A stretch of DNA of 35,073 bases from Candidatus Peregrinibacteria bacterium Greene1014_49 (GTDB lineage Bacteria; Patescibacteriota; Gracilibacteria; Peribacterales; Peribacteraceae): positions 1 to 35,073 of the forward strand of contig VMGQ01000010.1 in the NCBI GenBank assembly GCA_007376635.1, written 5' to 3'. Position 1 is the first letter of the stretch; every line of letters begins with the position of its first letter. Below, in pieces: positions 9,016 through 18,169 of this stretch. The notes below the pieces were generated by a model, which ran no database searches, was not told where the DNA came from, and was given only the letters and a program-made list of their open reading frames with translations. A program made the translations under genes and the position numbers.

Positions 9016-9822
9016 ATGGCAGAGACAATAGAGGAAGCTCTCAGCACCGCAGTGCATATGCCCTATAATTCTGCAGGATCCCTTATGGCGGTCGCTGGAA
9101 AGTTTCAGGAGAAATTGGGGGGAACTTGCGCTCAGCAATTGATACGAACTCGCAAGCTTCTTTCGAACATCGGCATCGAAATGGATTTTCTTAGAGCACT
9201 GAATGGAAGTGTTCACCATGCTGGCATTGCAACCGTCACTGGAGAACAATTTTTTCTGGATCCGTCAAAAGGACAGAGGAAGCCCATTTCACTGACAAAA
9301 CTCTTTGAATCAAAAACACCTCAATTCTCAGAAGCATTTCCTACAAATCTACGCACTCGGAGACTCATTACTCTAGTAAGGGGGGAAGAACCGGAGACAT
9401 TCAGCCAGCATACAACCACATTTAATGCTACCACTGGCCCATCTGGGAAAACGGATTCAGAATTCTTCAATCTGAGAAATAGAGATAGTGAACCTCCGAA
9501 TTCCGAGATCGACTGTGCAACGATCTTACGAGAAGAAGCAATTCGAATGGTAACTGTTCTTCGTTGTAAGAATCCAAAGTATGACAAAGATGTAGGTGTT
9601 GTAAAAGTTACTGCCGACGGAAAATTCACTGCACGGTTTTTGGGAGGCCCTTCGGAAAAAAAGGATGTCGCGTTTAGAATTTTCCGCGAAACAGCTCGTG
9701 CTTGTGGTGTAAAACCCAAAGAATTGCGGGAATACCTTAGAGAGGCATTATTGTTCCTGATTAGAGATCTCGGTACGCCCATAAAGGAAGCATCTGTGCC
9801 AATAGATTCCGTTACCCCCTAA
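9016..9822 (+). CDS. hypothetical protein (268 aa), possible arylamine N-acetyltransferase / transglutaminase-like Cys-His-Asp fold
   Basis: HMPYNS (compare NAT IPFENL), then LGGTC38AQQ (compare RGGYCFE), then VHH67/68AGI, then FFLD82PS. The C-to-H spacing is about 30 and H-to-D about 14 residues. Overall length is similar to NATs. Motif-level similarity only. Confidence 0.6.
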   Translation: MAETIEEALSTAVHMPYNSAGSLMAVAGKFQEKLGGTCAQQLIRTRKLLSNIGIEMDFLRALNGSVHHAGIATVTGEQFFLDPSKGQRKPISLTKLFESKTPQFSEAFPTNLRTRRLITLVRGEEPETFSQHTTTFNATTGPSGKTDSEFFNLRNRDSEPPNSEIDCATILREEAIRMVTVLRCKNPKYDKDVGVVKVTADGKFTARFLGGPSEKKDVAFRIFRETARACGVKPKELREYLREALLFLIRDLGTPIKEASVPIDSVTP

Positions 9823-11104
9823 CCGGATTCCACTCCATCACCCCAAATCCGCTGTACATGTGCGTTTCATGTTTTGGCGGGCAAATGCCAGCTGCAGGAA
9901 AGAGGATGATTGTACCTGGAGCTGGAGGCTCGAACGGTGGTCGACGAAACAGTCCCGCCCGGAGAAGATTCTGCTCCTCAGCCAATACATCCATTTTCTG
10001 CACTCTCTGATCAACGGCAGAAGCAAGTGCCTCTCTATCTTTGCCGAAGGACGGTCGCAATTCTTTGCGCAATCCTTTCGCGATCGCCTCTGAAAGCACA
10101 TCACGTTTATTGTGCTGCATGACCCCGTAAAGATTTGCAAGAATTTGTGGAATGGTACAAGAAATGATATTCGCACAATTCCGAAGATTGATGAGAAGCT
10201 CTCCTCTCCCCTGCTTCCCGTATTCATCGCGCAACGCGTGCACCATCGTACTGCTCGGCTGATGGGGAACCACAAGTTCCGTGCGATCGGCAAATGCTTC
10301 TTGCTGAGAGACATACGCGATCGCATCGATCAGTGCTTTTTCCATAAGCTCTATCCCATGGCGATACACCGCCTCCCCATTCATAAGAATCGTCTGTGAC
10401 TCCGGACGTACTGCACCATCATATCCCGTGGCACTCCTGCGCTCGACCGGGAACATCGGTTTTCCATCACGTGCCTTTGAAGGAATTTCTACCTCTTTCA
10501 ATTCAGCATGCAGCAACGTATGCCCATGTCCGTTTCGAAGCGATGTGGCTGTTGCGGCATCCGCAAAGAGGGCTCCCGTTGCGTGATCACTTGCATCCGT
10601 TTGCAGGCTTTGCGTTTCAATATTGAGGAGGAGCACCTGCTCATCTGAGGGCAAATCCTCCAATGCCTTTTTCCCTCGCATCGCAAGATCCACAAAACCG
10701 CAGCAACCCGTATTCAGTGCAATGATCCGATCTCTACCAATATCGATTTCACGGCCGATACGCTGTGCCAGCTCTTCTGCATCCGCGAGCTCGAACATCG
10801 AATGGCAGACACCGAGCGCGCCGATTTTTGGATTCTCATTTCCCATTTTCGTTCTCCATGCATGAATTGCCGCACGCGCAAGGTCGATCGGCTCTTTGTC
10901 GGGACGTAAAATACGCCGCGAATGCACCCCCGTTATTCTTTCGATCGCCTCGACACTTGCAAATCTGTGCTTCAAAGTATGTGGATCAGCAGGATCGCTT
11001 GGACGTTGCAGGTCGAAAATCTTCTGGTTATCAACCACCTGAAACAGTGCGCCATCGGGATCATCGACGGAGGCAAAGGTGGTGAAGGCAGGTCTGCGAG
11101 ACAT
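9812..11104 (-). CDS. KAS III (FabH)-like thiolase-fold condensing enzyme or acyltransferase with a roughly 60-70 aa insertion
   Basis: ITGVHSRRIL. Active-site Cys in ALNTGC134CGFVDLA (compare AACSGF). GALFADAATA (compare LFGDGAGA). VVPH281QPSS (compare HQAN). RN309CANIISCTIPQIL (compare GNTSAASIP). C-terminal GTIILFPAAG...GFGVMEW. Residues about 325-395 form a charged insertion absent from FabH. Confidence 0.75.
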   Translation of the reverse strand: MSRRPAFTTFASVDDPDGALFQVVDNQKIFDLQRPSDPADPHTLKHRFASVEAIERITGVHSRRILRPDKEPIDLARAAIHAWRTKMGNENPKIGALGVCHSMFELADAEELAQRIGREIDIGRDRIIALNTGCCGFVDLAMRGKKALEDLPSDEQVLLLNIETQSLQTDASDHATGALFADAATATSLRNGHGHTLLHAELKEVEIPSKARDGKPMFPVERRSATGYDGAVRPESQTILMNGEAVYRHGIELMEKALIDAIAYVSQQEAFADRTELVVPHQPSSTMVHALRDEYGKQGRGELLINLRNCANIISCTIPQILANLYGVMQHNKRDVLSEAIAKGLRKELRPSFGKDREALASAVDQRVQKMDVLAEEQNLLRAGLFRRPPFEPPAPGTIILFPAAGICPPKHETHMYSGFGVMEWNPVRG

Positions 11105-11157
11105 AAGGGGAGCATGCTATCCCTACGGCAAGACGCAAACGAGAAAAATAGGAAACA

Positions 11158-11946
11158 TTATCGCCGAAAATGTTCAACATAGAGCTGTCCCGGCTGCCCT
11201 TGTATATCCTTGCTGTGTCCGGCTCCATGGATGACTGTGCCTTTAAAAACGGAAATATTACCGCGAACCGGCAGACGCTCGACTTTATGCATCCTGGATC
11301 GCACATCATCTTCCAGATCGAGGATCGCTCTGCGCTGGGTTGGGAATGCATCAAATGCGTTGTAGAGAGATTGTGTTAATTGCACTGCATGAGTATGGGG
11401 ATCATCGCCATGAGACGTAAGAATTCTCTCCGCACCGGTACCGAGAATCGAACGAATACTGGTGGAAGCCGACAGAATGAGTTCCCTGAATTCACATTCA
11501 TCGAGAACAAATTCTGTAGGTCTATTTCCACTCTCTGTGGAAAGTGCAGCCGTAAAACCATAATGCGTATGCAGGCATTGCGCATGGTAGTCGCTGTTAT
11601 CAGCAGATCGACGCGAAAGCATGTAGGCATCCTTCGATCCATAGACAATGGAAAAACCTGCGTTGTCCCAGAACATCTGATCGGATTCATCAGTCTCTGG
11701 ATCGCAATCTTCTTCCTTCGGATCGAAAACCTCTTCCGGCTGAATAAAAACGGCACGATATCTCTTTTTCTCTAGATCATCTCCTATGCGTGACTTCAAC
11801 TCACGGAGAAAAAGTGCATACAATTGCTCGATAGTGAATTGCCCCTGTAAATGAATGACCGGTGCAAAGAGCTCCCCATTGGAGGAACAATGTTCATCAA
11901 TCTGCTTTGTGCCATCGTATGCGAGAATACTCAGTGATTTCATCAT
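11158..11946 (-). CDS. hypothetical protein (262 aa), His-rich motifs, unknown function
   Basis: Long ORF on the same strand, 53 nt upstream of the KAS III-like gene. Tandem ATG ATG start. Motifs HAQCLHTHYG, SHGDDPHTHAV and IHGAGHS suggest metal binding, but I recognise no family. Confidence 0.6.
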   Translation of the reverse strand: MMKSLSILAYDGTKQIDEHCSSNGELFAPVIHLQGQFTIEQLYALFLRELKSRIGDDLEKKRYRAVFIQPEEVFDPKEEDCDPETDESDQMFWDNAGFSIVYGSKDAYMLSRRSADNSDYHAQCLHTHYGFTAALSTESGNRPTEFVLDECEFRELILSASTSIRSILGTGAERILTSHGDDPHTHAVQLTQSLYNAFDAFPTQRRAILDLEDDVRSRMHKVERLPVRGNISVFKGTVIHGAGHSKDIQGQPGQLYVEHFRR

Positions 11947-12005
11947 CTGGATACAGATTCACAGATAAAAATTTTGAGCATTAAAAACCTTTTAATATAC
12001 ATTGT

Positions 12006-14495
12006 CTAGGATTCTGCAACAAAACTCACTAATTTCCCCTGCACATAAATCTCCTTCTTTATCCCTCCTGCTATGTACTTCTTTACATTCTCCTCCTCCT
12101 TTGCAGCAGCAATAATCTCCTCTTTTGAGGCTTTCGCATCCACCTCCATACTTGCCCGCAGTTTTCCATTCACCTGCACCACAATCGTCATTGTATCGCT
12201 TTTGAGGAGTTTCGGATCGAATGCCGGCCAGTGCTGATCAATAATAAAACCCGTACCGCCTGTCATCTCCCAAAGTTCCTCCGCCAAATGCGGTGCAAGT
12301 GGTGCGAGTAATTTTGCAATGGTTTGTCCAACATCGACAGGAATCGTCTCTTCTTTTTCCAGTTCATTGAGAAGAGACATGAGCGCGCTCAGTGCCGTAT
12401 TAAAATGCAACTGCGCAATATCATCTCCGACTTTTTTGATGGTGGCATGCAACTTCGACATCGTCGCAGCAGGCAATCCCTTTAATCCTTTATTTCCTTT
12501 ATCTCCTTTATTCCCTTTCTCCAACTTCTCTTCAAATAACCGAAAAAGCCTAAACACAAACCGATCAATCCCCTTGATCCCTGCATCATTCCAATCCCCT
12601 CCGTCGGTATAGGGACCGGTGAACATCAGATACATCCGGAAGACATCGCTGCCGTGTCTGTCCACAAACGCATCCGGAGAAACCACGTTCCCGCGACTTT
12701 TACTCATCTTCGCTCCCTTATGCGTAATCGTCCCCTGATGAACAACTTTTTTGAACGGCTCTTCGATTGATACAAAGCCAAAATCCTTAAGTGCCATCAT
12801 GACAAAGCGTGCATAGATGAGATGCATACACGCATGTTCTGCTCCCCCAACATAGCAATCCGCGGGCATCCAGGTCTTTTCCATGTGCGGATCCACCAAA
12901 CTTTCCGCTTTCATCTTCTTGCTTTCCATTTTCATTCCATGTCCTTCTGATTGCAGATACATCAAATAATAAAAGCTACTGCACACAAATGTATCCATCG
13001 TATCGAACTCCGGCGTCCAGCCTTTGCCGAAAATCTTCTCGGTGCGCTCGCGGAATTCTTTGGAATAATACAGAGGCGATTTTCCGGTCGGCTTGAACTC
13101 GACATCGGTCGGAAGAAGCCACGGAAGATGCTCCTCAGGAACCGGATGGGGATTACCTTCCGGATCGTACACAATCGGAATCGGTGCGCCCCAGTAGCGC
13201 TGGCGCGAGACGAGCCAGTCGCGAAGCCGGAAGTGCACAGTGCGCGTACCAAATCCTTCCTCCTCGATGTAGTCGATAATTTCATTGCGTGCGTGATGCC
13301 AGGTTTTGCCGGCAAGTTCAGGCGGATCAATGAGAATACCATCGGGCGCTTTGCAATATGCCACTTCAAAGTTCTCTACTTTGGCTCGGAGCTCTGCATC
13401 GGGCGGAACCATCGCGAGCTTCAAGGGGATGCCATACTTCTTTGCAAACGCGAAATCACGCTCGTCATGGGCGGAGCAGTTCACGATTCCTGTTCCATAA
13501 TCCGCAACGACGTACGATGCAATCCAGATCGGGAGATCGCCGGTGCCGAAGGGATTTTCGATGTAGCGACCGGTGAAAATGCCCTCCATATCCGTTTGAA
13601 TATTGAACCGGTTGCCCGCTTTCTTCTTTCGAATGTATTCCACAAATTCCTGCACAGGTTTTTCATGCGACGTTCCTTGAATCAACTTCTCCACAAGGGA
13701 ATGCTCGGGAGCGATCACCGTAAAGGTTTGCGCAAGAAACGTCTGCGGAACCGTATCGAAGACTTCCACTTCGATGTTCAGGTCTTTGATCTTCTCTTTG
13801 AACTTCACACCCTCGCTGCGCCCGATCCAATTCCTCTGCATCGTCTTCGTTTTTTCAGGCCAATCGAGTCCATCAAGATTCTTCAAGAGTTTTTCCGCGT
13901 ACTGCGTGATCTTCCAGAACCATTGCGTCAGAGGCTTTTGCACAACCGTAGTTCCGCAGCGCTCGCAGGTGCCGTCTTGCGCTTGTTCATTGGCAAGTAC
14001 CGTCTGACAGCTGGGACAGAAATTTACGTTCGCTTCTTTGTGGTAACAAAGCTTGTGACTATACATCTGCAAAAACAGCCACTGCGTCCAGCGGTAATAC
14101 TCCGGGGTAGAGGTATTCACCATCCTGCTCCAATCGAACATGCACCCCATGCGCTTGAGCTGGAGGATCATGGTATCGACATTTTTCCTGGTCGATGCAT
14201 CAGGATGCACGCCGGTCTTCACCGCATGGTTTTCCGCGGGGAGCCCAAACGCATCAAATCCCATCGGCTCAAAAACATCTTTCCCATGCATGCGCATGAA
14301 GCGGTAGTAGCTATCTGCGGGGGCGTAGCTGTACCAATGCCCGATGTGTAATCTATCCCCGCTCGGGTACGGAAACATCATCATTCCATAATACGGATCT
14401 TTGGCTTTCTTTAAATCTGTCTTGTACACGCCGGCGTCCTCCCAGCGCTTTTGCCATTTGGATTCAATCGTAGAGGGGTCGTAGGAGCGGGGCAT
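12006..14495 (-). CDS. leuS: leucine--tRNA ligase (bacterial type, with CP1 editing domain)
   Basis: HIGH PYPSGDRLHIGHWYSY. KMSKS GAKMSKSRGN. CP1 YGTGIVNCSAHDERDFAFAKKYGIP. LRDWLVSRQRYWGAPIPIV. I chose ATG 14495 (MPRSYDPSTIESKWQKRW); the track start at 14513 is a TTG. Confidence 0.95.
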   Translation of the reverse strand: MPRSYDPSTIESKWQKRWEDAGVYKTDLKKAKDPYYGMMMFPYPSGDRLHIGHWYSYAPADSYYRFMRMHGKDVFEPMGFDAFGLPAENHAVKTGVHPDASTRKNVDTMILQLKRMGCMFDWSRMVNTSTPEYYRWTQWLFLQMYSHKLCYHKEANVNFCPSCQTVLANEQAQDGTCERCGTTVVQKPLTQWFWKITQYAEKLLKNLDGLDWPEKTKTMQRNWIGRSEGVKFKEKIKDLNIEVEVFDTVPQTFLAQTFTVIAPEHSLVEKLIQGTSHEKPVQEFVEYIRKKKAGNRFNIQTDMEGIFTGRYIENPFGTGDLPIWIASYVVADYGTGIVNCSAHDERDFAFAKKYGIPLKLAMVPPDAELRAKVENFEVAYCKAPDGILIDPPELAGKTWHHARNEIIDYIEEEGFGTRTVHFRLRDWLVSRQRYWGAPIPIVYDPEGNPHPVPEEHLPWLLPTDVEFKPTGKSPLYYSKEFRERTEKIFGKGWTPEFDTMDTFVCSSFYYLMYLQSEGHGMKMESKKMKAESLVDPHMEKTWMPADCYVGGAEHACMHLIYARFVMMALKDFGFVSIEEPFKKVVHQGTITHKGAKMSKSRGNVVSPDAFVDRHGSDVFRMYLMFTGPYTDGGDWNDAGIKGIDRFVFRLFRLFEEKLEKGNKGDKGNKGLKGLPAATMSKLHATIKKVGDDIAQLHFNTALSALMSLLNELEKEETIPVDVGQTIAKLLAPLAPHLAEELWEMTGGTGFIIDQHWPAFDPKLLKSDTMTIVVQVNGKLRASMEVDAKASKEEIIAAAKEEENVKKYIAGGIKKEIYVQGKLVSFVAES

Positions 14496-14503
14496 CGGGC
14501 GGA

Positions 14504-14512
14504 ATGATAACA
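14504..14512 (-). promoter_or_regulatory. extended -10 (TGtTATCAT) 8 nt upstream of the leuS ATG, inside the palindrome TGATAAcaaTTATCA
   Basis: The minus strand reads TGTTATCAT TCCGCCCG ATG. Confidence 0.4.
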
Positions 14513-14538
14513 ATTATCATGCGGAAGCGGAATTCTTT

Positions 14539-14547
14539 TGCTACAAT
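14539..14547 (+). promoter_or_regulatory. extended -10 (TGcTACAAT) 13 nt upstream of the der ATG
   Basis: TGCTACAAT agcgattcgcaca ATG(14561). Confidence 0.4.
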
Positions 14548-14560
14548 AGCGATTCGCACA

Positions 14561-15973
14561 ATGTCCCACCTCCCCCTCGTAGCCATCGTCGGCCGCCCCA
14601 ATACGGGAAAATCCCGGCTGTTTAATAGAATCATCGGCCAGAGGAAAGCGATTGTGAGCGATATTCCAGGCACGACCAGAGATCAAGTGGCAAGCAAAGT
14701 AGAAACAGACAGCGTCGATTATCTGCTCGTAGATACCGGAGGCATGGGAGGAGGGACGGTGGATACGGACTTTGAAGATGACGTCGAGGCGCAGTCCAAA
14801 CTCGCAATCGAACACGCAGATGTCATTGTCCTCGTACTTTCGGGGAAAGATGATCTCACGAGTGCCGATCATGCAGTGGCAAAAGTATTACGGACGCGAA
14901 AGCGCAGGCATGTGCCGGTGATCGTCGCTGTCAACAAGATCGATAACCCGTCAAAAATCGATGAACTTCTGCCACAGTACTACGAGCTTGGCATCGGGGA
15001 TCCGTTGATTCCTGTGAGCGCAGCACACGGTTCGGGATTCGGCATGCTTGAGGATGCGATCGCGGAAGAACTTAAGAAACTACACTTTACAAAAGGAGAA
15101 GGAACACCTTCGATCCATCCTGAAACCATCGAAGATGAGGAAGCTCTCATACAAAAGCAGACAGCAGCAATTCCCCGGATTGCAGTAGTCGGCAAACCCA
15201 ATGTGGGGAAAAGCTCGATTGTGAATGCATTGATGTCCGATCCGCAGCGTGCAGTCTCTCCGCGCATCGTTTCAGAAATTCCCGGGACAACCCGGGATGC
15301 GGGAGACACAATCATTCGCTACAAAGACCGCGATTACATTTTTGTGGATACCGCGGGTATCAAAAAAAAGAAAGAAGAGACGCCGGGACTGGAGACCCTC
15401 GCCTACTTCCGCTCGATCCAAGCCATAGGCAACAGTGATGTCGTCGTTCTTGTGCTCGATGGAACACAAGCAATCACGCGCCAAGACAAGCGGATCGCAC
15501 AAATGTGCATAGAAGAAGGTAAAGGCCTCATTCTCGCCGTTAACAAATCCGATGGCATGAGTCTGGAGCAGAAGAAAAACACGATCGAGGATGTGCACCT
15601 CACCATCCCCTTCTGCCGCTTTGCATCCGTGATTCTCTGCTCCGCAACATCGAGAGACGGACTCCTAAAGCTCTTCGATGCGATAGAAACTGTCGAGCGC
15701 AACCGCAGTCGCAGAATTCCGACGAAGGCACTAAACGACTGGTACAGCGCCACTATTCGCGGGCAGCCCATGGGCGAACTCGCCAAGAGCAAATACATTA
15801 CGCAAACTGATGGTGTCCCACCGACCTTCGTGGTCTTTGTAAAAGATCCAAAGAAAGTGAAAGTTTCGGAGCTGAAGTTTCTGGAGAGAAGGCTGCGAAG
15901 TACGTTTGCGTTTGAGGGAACAACCGTGCGATGGATAACGAAAGCCAGTGCAAAGGGGGAAGTGCGATGGTAG
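14561..15973 (+). CDS. der: ribosome-associated GTPase Der/EngA (two tandem G domains plus KH-like domain)
   Basis: G1 motifs GRPNTGKSRLFN and GKPNVGKSSIVN. DTGG and DTAG. NKID and NKSD. I chose ATG 14561 (MSHLPLVAIVGRPN) because the upstream extension has no homology logic. Confidence 0.93.
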   Translation: MSHLPLVAIVGRPNTGKSRLFNRIIGQRKAIVSDIPGTTRDQVASKVETDSVDYLLVDTGGMGGGTVDTDFEDDVEAQSKLAIEHADVIVLVLSGKDDLTSADHAVAKVLRTRKRRHVPVIVAVNKIDNPSKIDELLPQYYELGIGDPLIPVSAAHGSGFGMLEDAIAEELKKLHFTKGEGTPSIHPETIEDEEALIQKQTAAIPRIAVVGKPNVGKSSIVNALMSDPQRAVSPRIVSEIPGTTRDAGDTIIRYKDRDYIFVDTAGIKKKKEETPGLETLAYFRSIQAIGNSDVVVLVLDGTQAITRQDKRIAQMCIEEGKGLILAVNKSDGMSLEQKKNTIEDVHLTIPFCRFASVILCSATSRDGLLKLFDAIETVERNRSRRIPTKALNDWYSATIRGQPMGELAKSKYITQTDGVPPTFVVFVKDPKKVKVSELKFLERRLRSTFAFEGTTVRWITKASAKGEVRW

Positions 15974-15979
15974 TGGAAA

Positions 15980-16589
15980 TTACCCTCGTCCTTGTCTCAG
16001 ATCCTTCACTCTCCCATCTTCGTGAATGGGCAGCGGGAATGCCTTGATTACCACTTCGAGTTTGGTCAGGAGCACCTTCGGATCGTCGTCGAAGACCATA
16101 TTCGGAGGGACCTTTCTTTTGCACAGCTCCTCGACAATGTGCGGGATGGAATTGCTGACGCCGCCGGTATTCGTGAGAATCCCGATCGGGCGACCTTCGT
16201 CATAGGCGATGGTGAATTCATTGAGCGTTGCCGATGCCCCCGCCGACAATGATGATGCCATCGCTACTCCGGATATTGATGATGTCGCGCTCCATGAACC
16301 CCTGCCCCGTGTAGAGGATAATGTCATTGTCATGCGGGGAAAGGTATTCGTTCACATGCTCGTACTCAGAAAACGCCGGCGATACACCGATCGTGAGTCC
16401 CCCTGCTTCTTCCGCACCAAGGAGCGCATCATGCGGCAACCCCGGACACGCACCGTTGATGAGGATATGTCCACGCTTGGCGATTTCTTCACCAAGTTTA
16501 TGCGCCGCAGCACGTGCATGTGGATCCTCCGTCTGTGGACCGGATGCCGAACCCATCACGCCGATTTTGAGTTTGTGGTGGTAGCTCAC
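15980..16589 (-). pseudogene. LOG/TIGR00725-like Rossmann-fold (SLOG) gene interrupted by a 1-nt frameshift
   Basis: ORF 16218..16589 ends ...IIIVGGGIGNAQ*. The overlapping ORF 15980..16333 in another frame continues ...TLNEFTIAYDEGRPIGIL. Removing one A from GGC AAC GCT (plus 16227-16232) restores GGGIG-TLNEF, the family PGGxGTxxE-type motif. The start is a GTG at 16589. Confidence 0.7.
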
Positions 16590-16691
16590 AGCAGGAGTAA
16601 GTGTAGAACGAATAGAACCTTTAATGATATTGATGTTCTCTTTTGTATTATACCATATTTGATGGTACTTTGCACCATCACCTCCATGTGC

Positions 16692-17723
16692 TTATTTGTT
16701 CAAATACTCGATCCGATTCAAATTGTGCTCCTCATTGGTCACCGCATAGTGAATCTTCCCGTTGCGATCATGAAGGTAGTACCAGTATGAAGAATCTGTA
16801 GGGCGTAATGCTGCCTCGATACTTCTTCTCCCAGAATTGGCAATCGGCCCCGGAGGAAGCCCACGAAATTTTCGGGTGTTGTAAGGGGAATCCACATTCA
16901 GATCTCCTGCAGTAATCGTGGAAGAAGGTTTCTGCAGAATGTACCGGATGGTGGCATCCACCCCGAGTCCCCGGCCATCATCGAAGCGTTTCCAAAGGAT
17001 GCCGGAAATGACAGGGCGCTCGGCATCGGTGATTGCTTCTTCTTCTATGAGGGAAGCCATTGCGAGAATTTCATGGAAACTCCGACCGGATAGTCCCACT
17101 TCTCCCCCAAGCTCATCGATCACCTTCATACGAAAATTCGTAAGCAAGCGATGAAGGAAAGCTTCAGGGGAAAATGATTCCACGCTGACGAAATAGGTAT
17201 CGGGAAAGAGATATCCTTCGACCTTTCCTCCGCGAGGCGCAAAGCCATCGGATAGCGGAAGGAATGCAAATTCTTGAAGATCGCACTCCTGTGTGCAGCG
17301 GAGAAATGCCCCTGTCGCTGAGAGATTCTTTTTCACGAGTAAGGCATCGATATCCGTAACGGTAAACCCTTCAGGGATGGTAACGGCGATCTCTAGTGCC
17401 TTGCCGCTTTGCAATGCTTCGATGATTTCTCCCTGTGTCATTCCGGAATGTAGAATAAATGTCCCTGCTTGCAGACTTGCATCAGCACCAAGGAGTCTCG
17501 TATGAATGCGAAATGCCAAAGGAGAGCGCAAAACGCCACGGTCATGCAGAACTTCAGCAATACCTCGTGTGGATGTTCCCGCTTCGATGCGCACACTCAC
17601 GCGGTCGTTATTCCCGAAATCAGCGGGTCTCAGAGAGAAACGGTACCAGACAAGGCTACACGCCAAGATCGCTGGGATGAGGAGGAAAAGCTTTCTCACG
17701 AAAAGAGTATCGCGGAAAAACAT
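16692..17723 (-). CDS. mltG: endolytic murein transglycosylase MltG (YceG-like)
   Basis: N-terminal TM LFLLIPAILACSLVWY. YceG motifs ASLIEEEA, SPYNTRKFRGLPPGPIANSG, YWYYLHDRNGKIHYAVTNEEHN. I chose ATG 17723 because the longer track ORF overlaps ybaB. Confidence 0.9.
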   Translation of the reverse strand: MFFRDTLFVRKLFLLIPAILACSLVWYRFSLRPADFGNNDRVSVRIEAGTSTRGIAEVLHDRGVLRSPLAFRIHTRLLGADASLQAGTFILHSGMTQGEIIEALQSGKALEIAVTIPEGFTVTDIDALLVKKNLSATGAFLRCTQECDLQEFAFLPLSDGFAPRGGKVEGYLFPDTYFVSVESFSPEAFLHRLLTNFRMKVIDELGGEVGLSGRSFHEILAMASLIEEEAITDAERPVISGILWKRFDDGRGLGVDATIRYILQKPSSTITAGDLNVDSPYNTRKFRGLPPGPIANSGRRSIEAALRPTDSSYWYYLHDRNGKIHYAVTNEEHNLNRIEYLNK

Positions 17724-17736
17724 GCAACGCGGAATG

Positions 17737-18048
17737 CTAATTCCCCATTTCCCGCATTCCCTTCTCCGTCGGTAAACCCATCTCTTTATATACTCCCTGC
17801 ATTTTCTCTGCAGAAACAATCTGTGCCTTCTTCAAGGCACGATTTAAGGCATCTTTGAGAAGAGCGGGTACGCGTTCGCGCGGTACGCTTTCTCCAATGG
17901 CAATCGAAAGGATTTCTTGCTCTCCGGAGACAACGACCGCCACGCCCTCGGCTTCTGCTTCCACCTGAATCTTCTGCAAATCTTTCTTCACGCGCTTGGC
18001 TTCGCGCTGAATGCGGAACATGTCACGTGCTTGGGAGAGAGAGACCAT
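17737..18048 (-). CDS. ybaB: YbaB/EbfC-family nucleoid-associated protein
   Basis: 103 aa: MVSLSQARDMFRIQREAKRVKKDLQKIQVEAEAEGVAVVVSGEQEILSIAI...LLKDALNRALKKAQ, typical of the YbaB family. ATG at 18048 with TATACT 10 nt upstream. Confidence 0.85.
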   Translation of the reverse strand: MVSLSQARDMFRIQREAKRVKKDLQKIQVEAEAEGVAVVVSGEQEILSIAIGESVPRERVPALLKDALNRALKKAQIVSAEKMQGVYKEMGLPTEKGMREMGN

Positions 18049-18169
18049 AGGAGAAGAAAGTATAAACAGTGTTGCAGAAGAGAGCTTCGGAGTGAAGGGC
18101 AGAAAGAGTAGGAAAGGCAGAAATGCATCGTATTTTTTGCCTTTCCTGCCCTTTCTCACGTTTCTGCCT

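Noticed and set aside
12474-12518. 9-nt periodic repeat in leuS encoding (KGx)5 = KGNKGDKGNKGLKGL
   Set aside because: It lies in the naturally variable linker before the anticodon-binding domain and is similar in length to the E. coli segment. It may vary in copy number but is not functionally suggestive.
12951-14351. 466-aa plus-strand ORF
   Set aside because: It lies entirely antisense to leuS, whose HIGH, KMSKS and CP1 motifs are unambiguous. Its translation is R/H/L-rich with no motifs. It is a shadow ORF.
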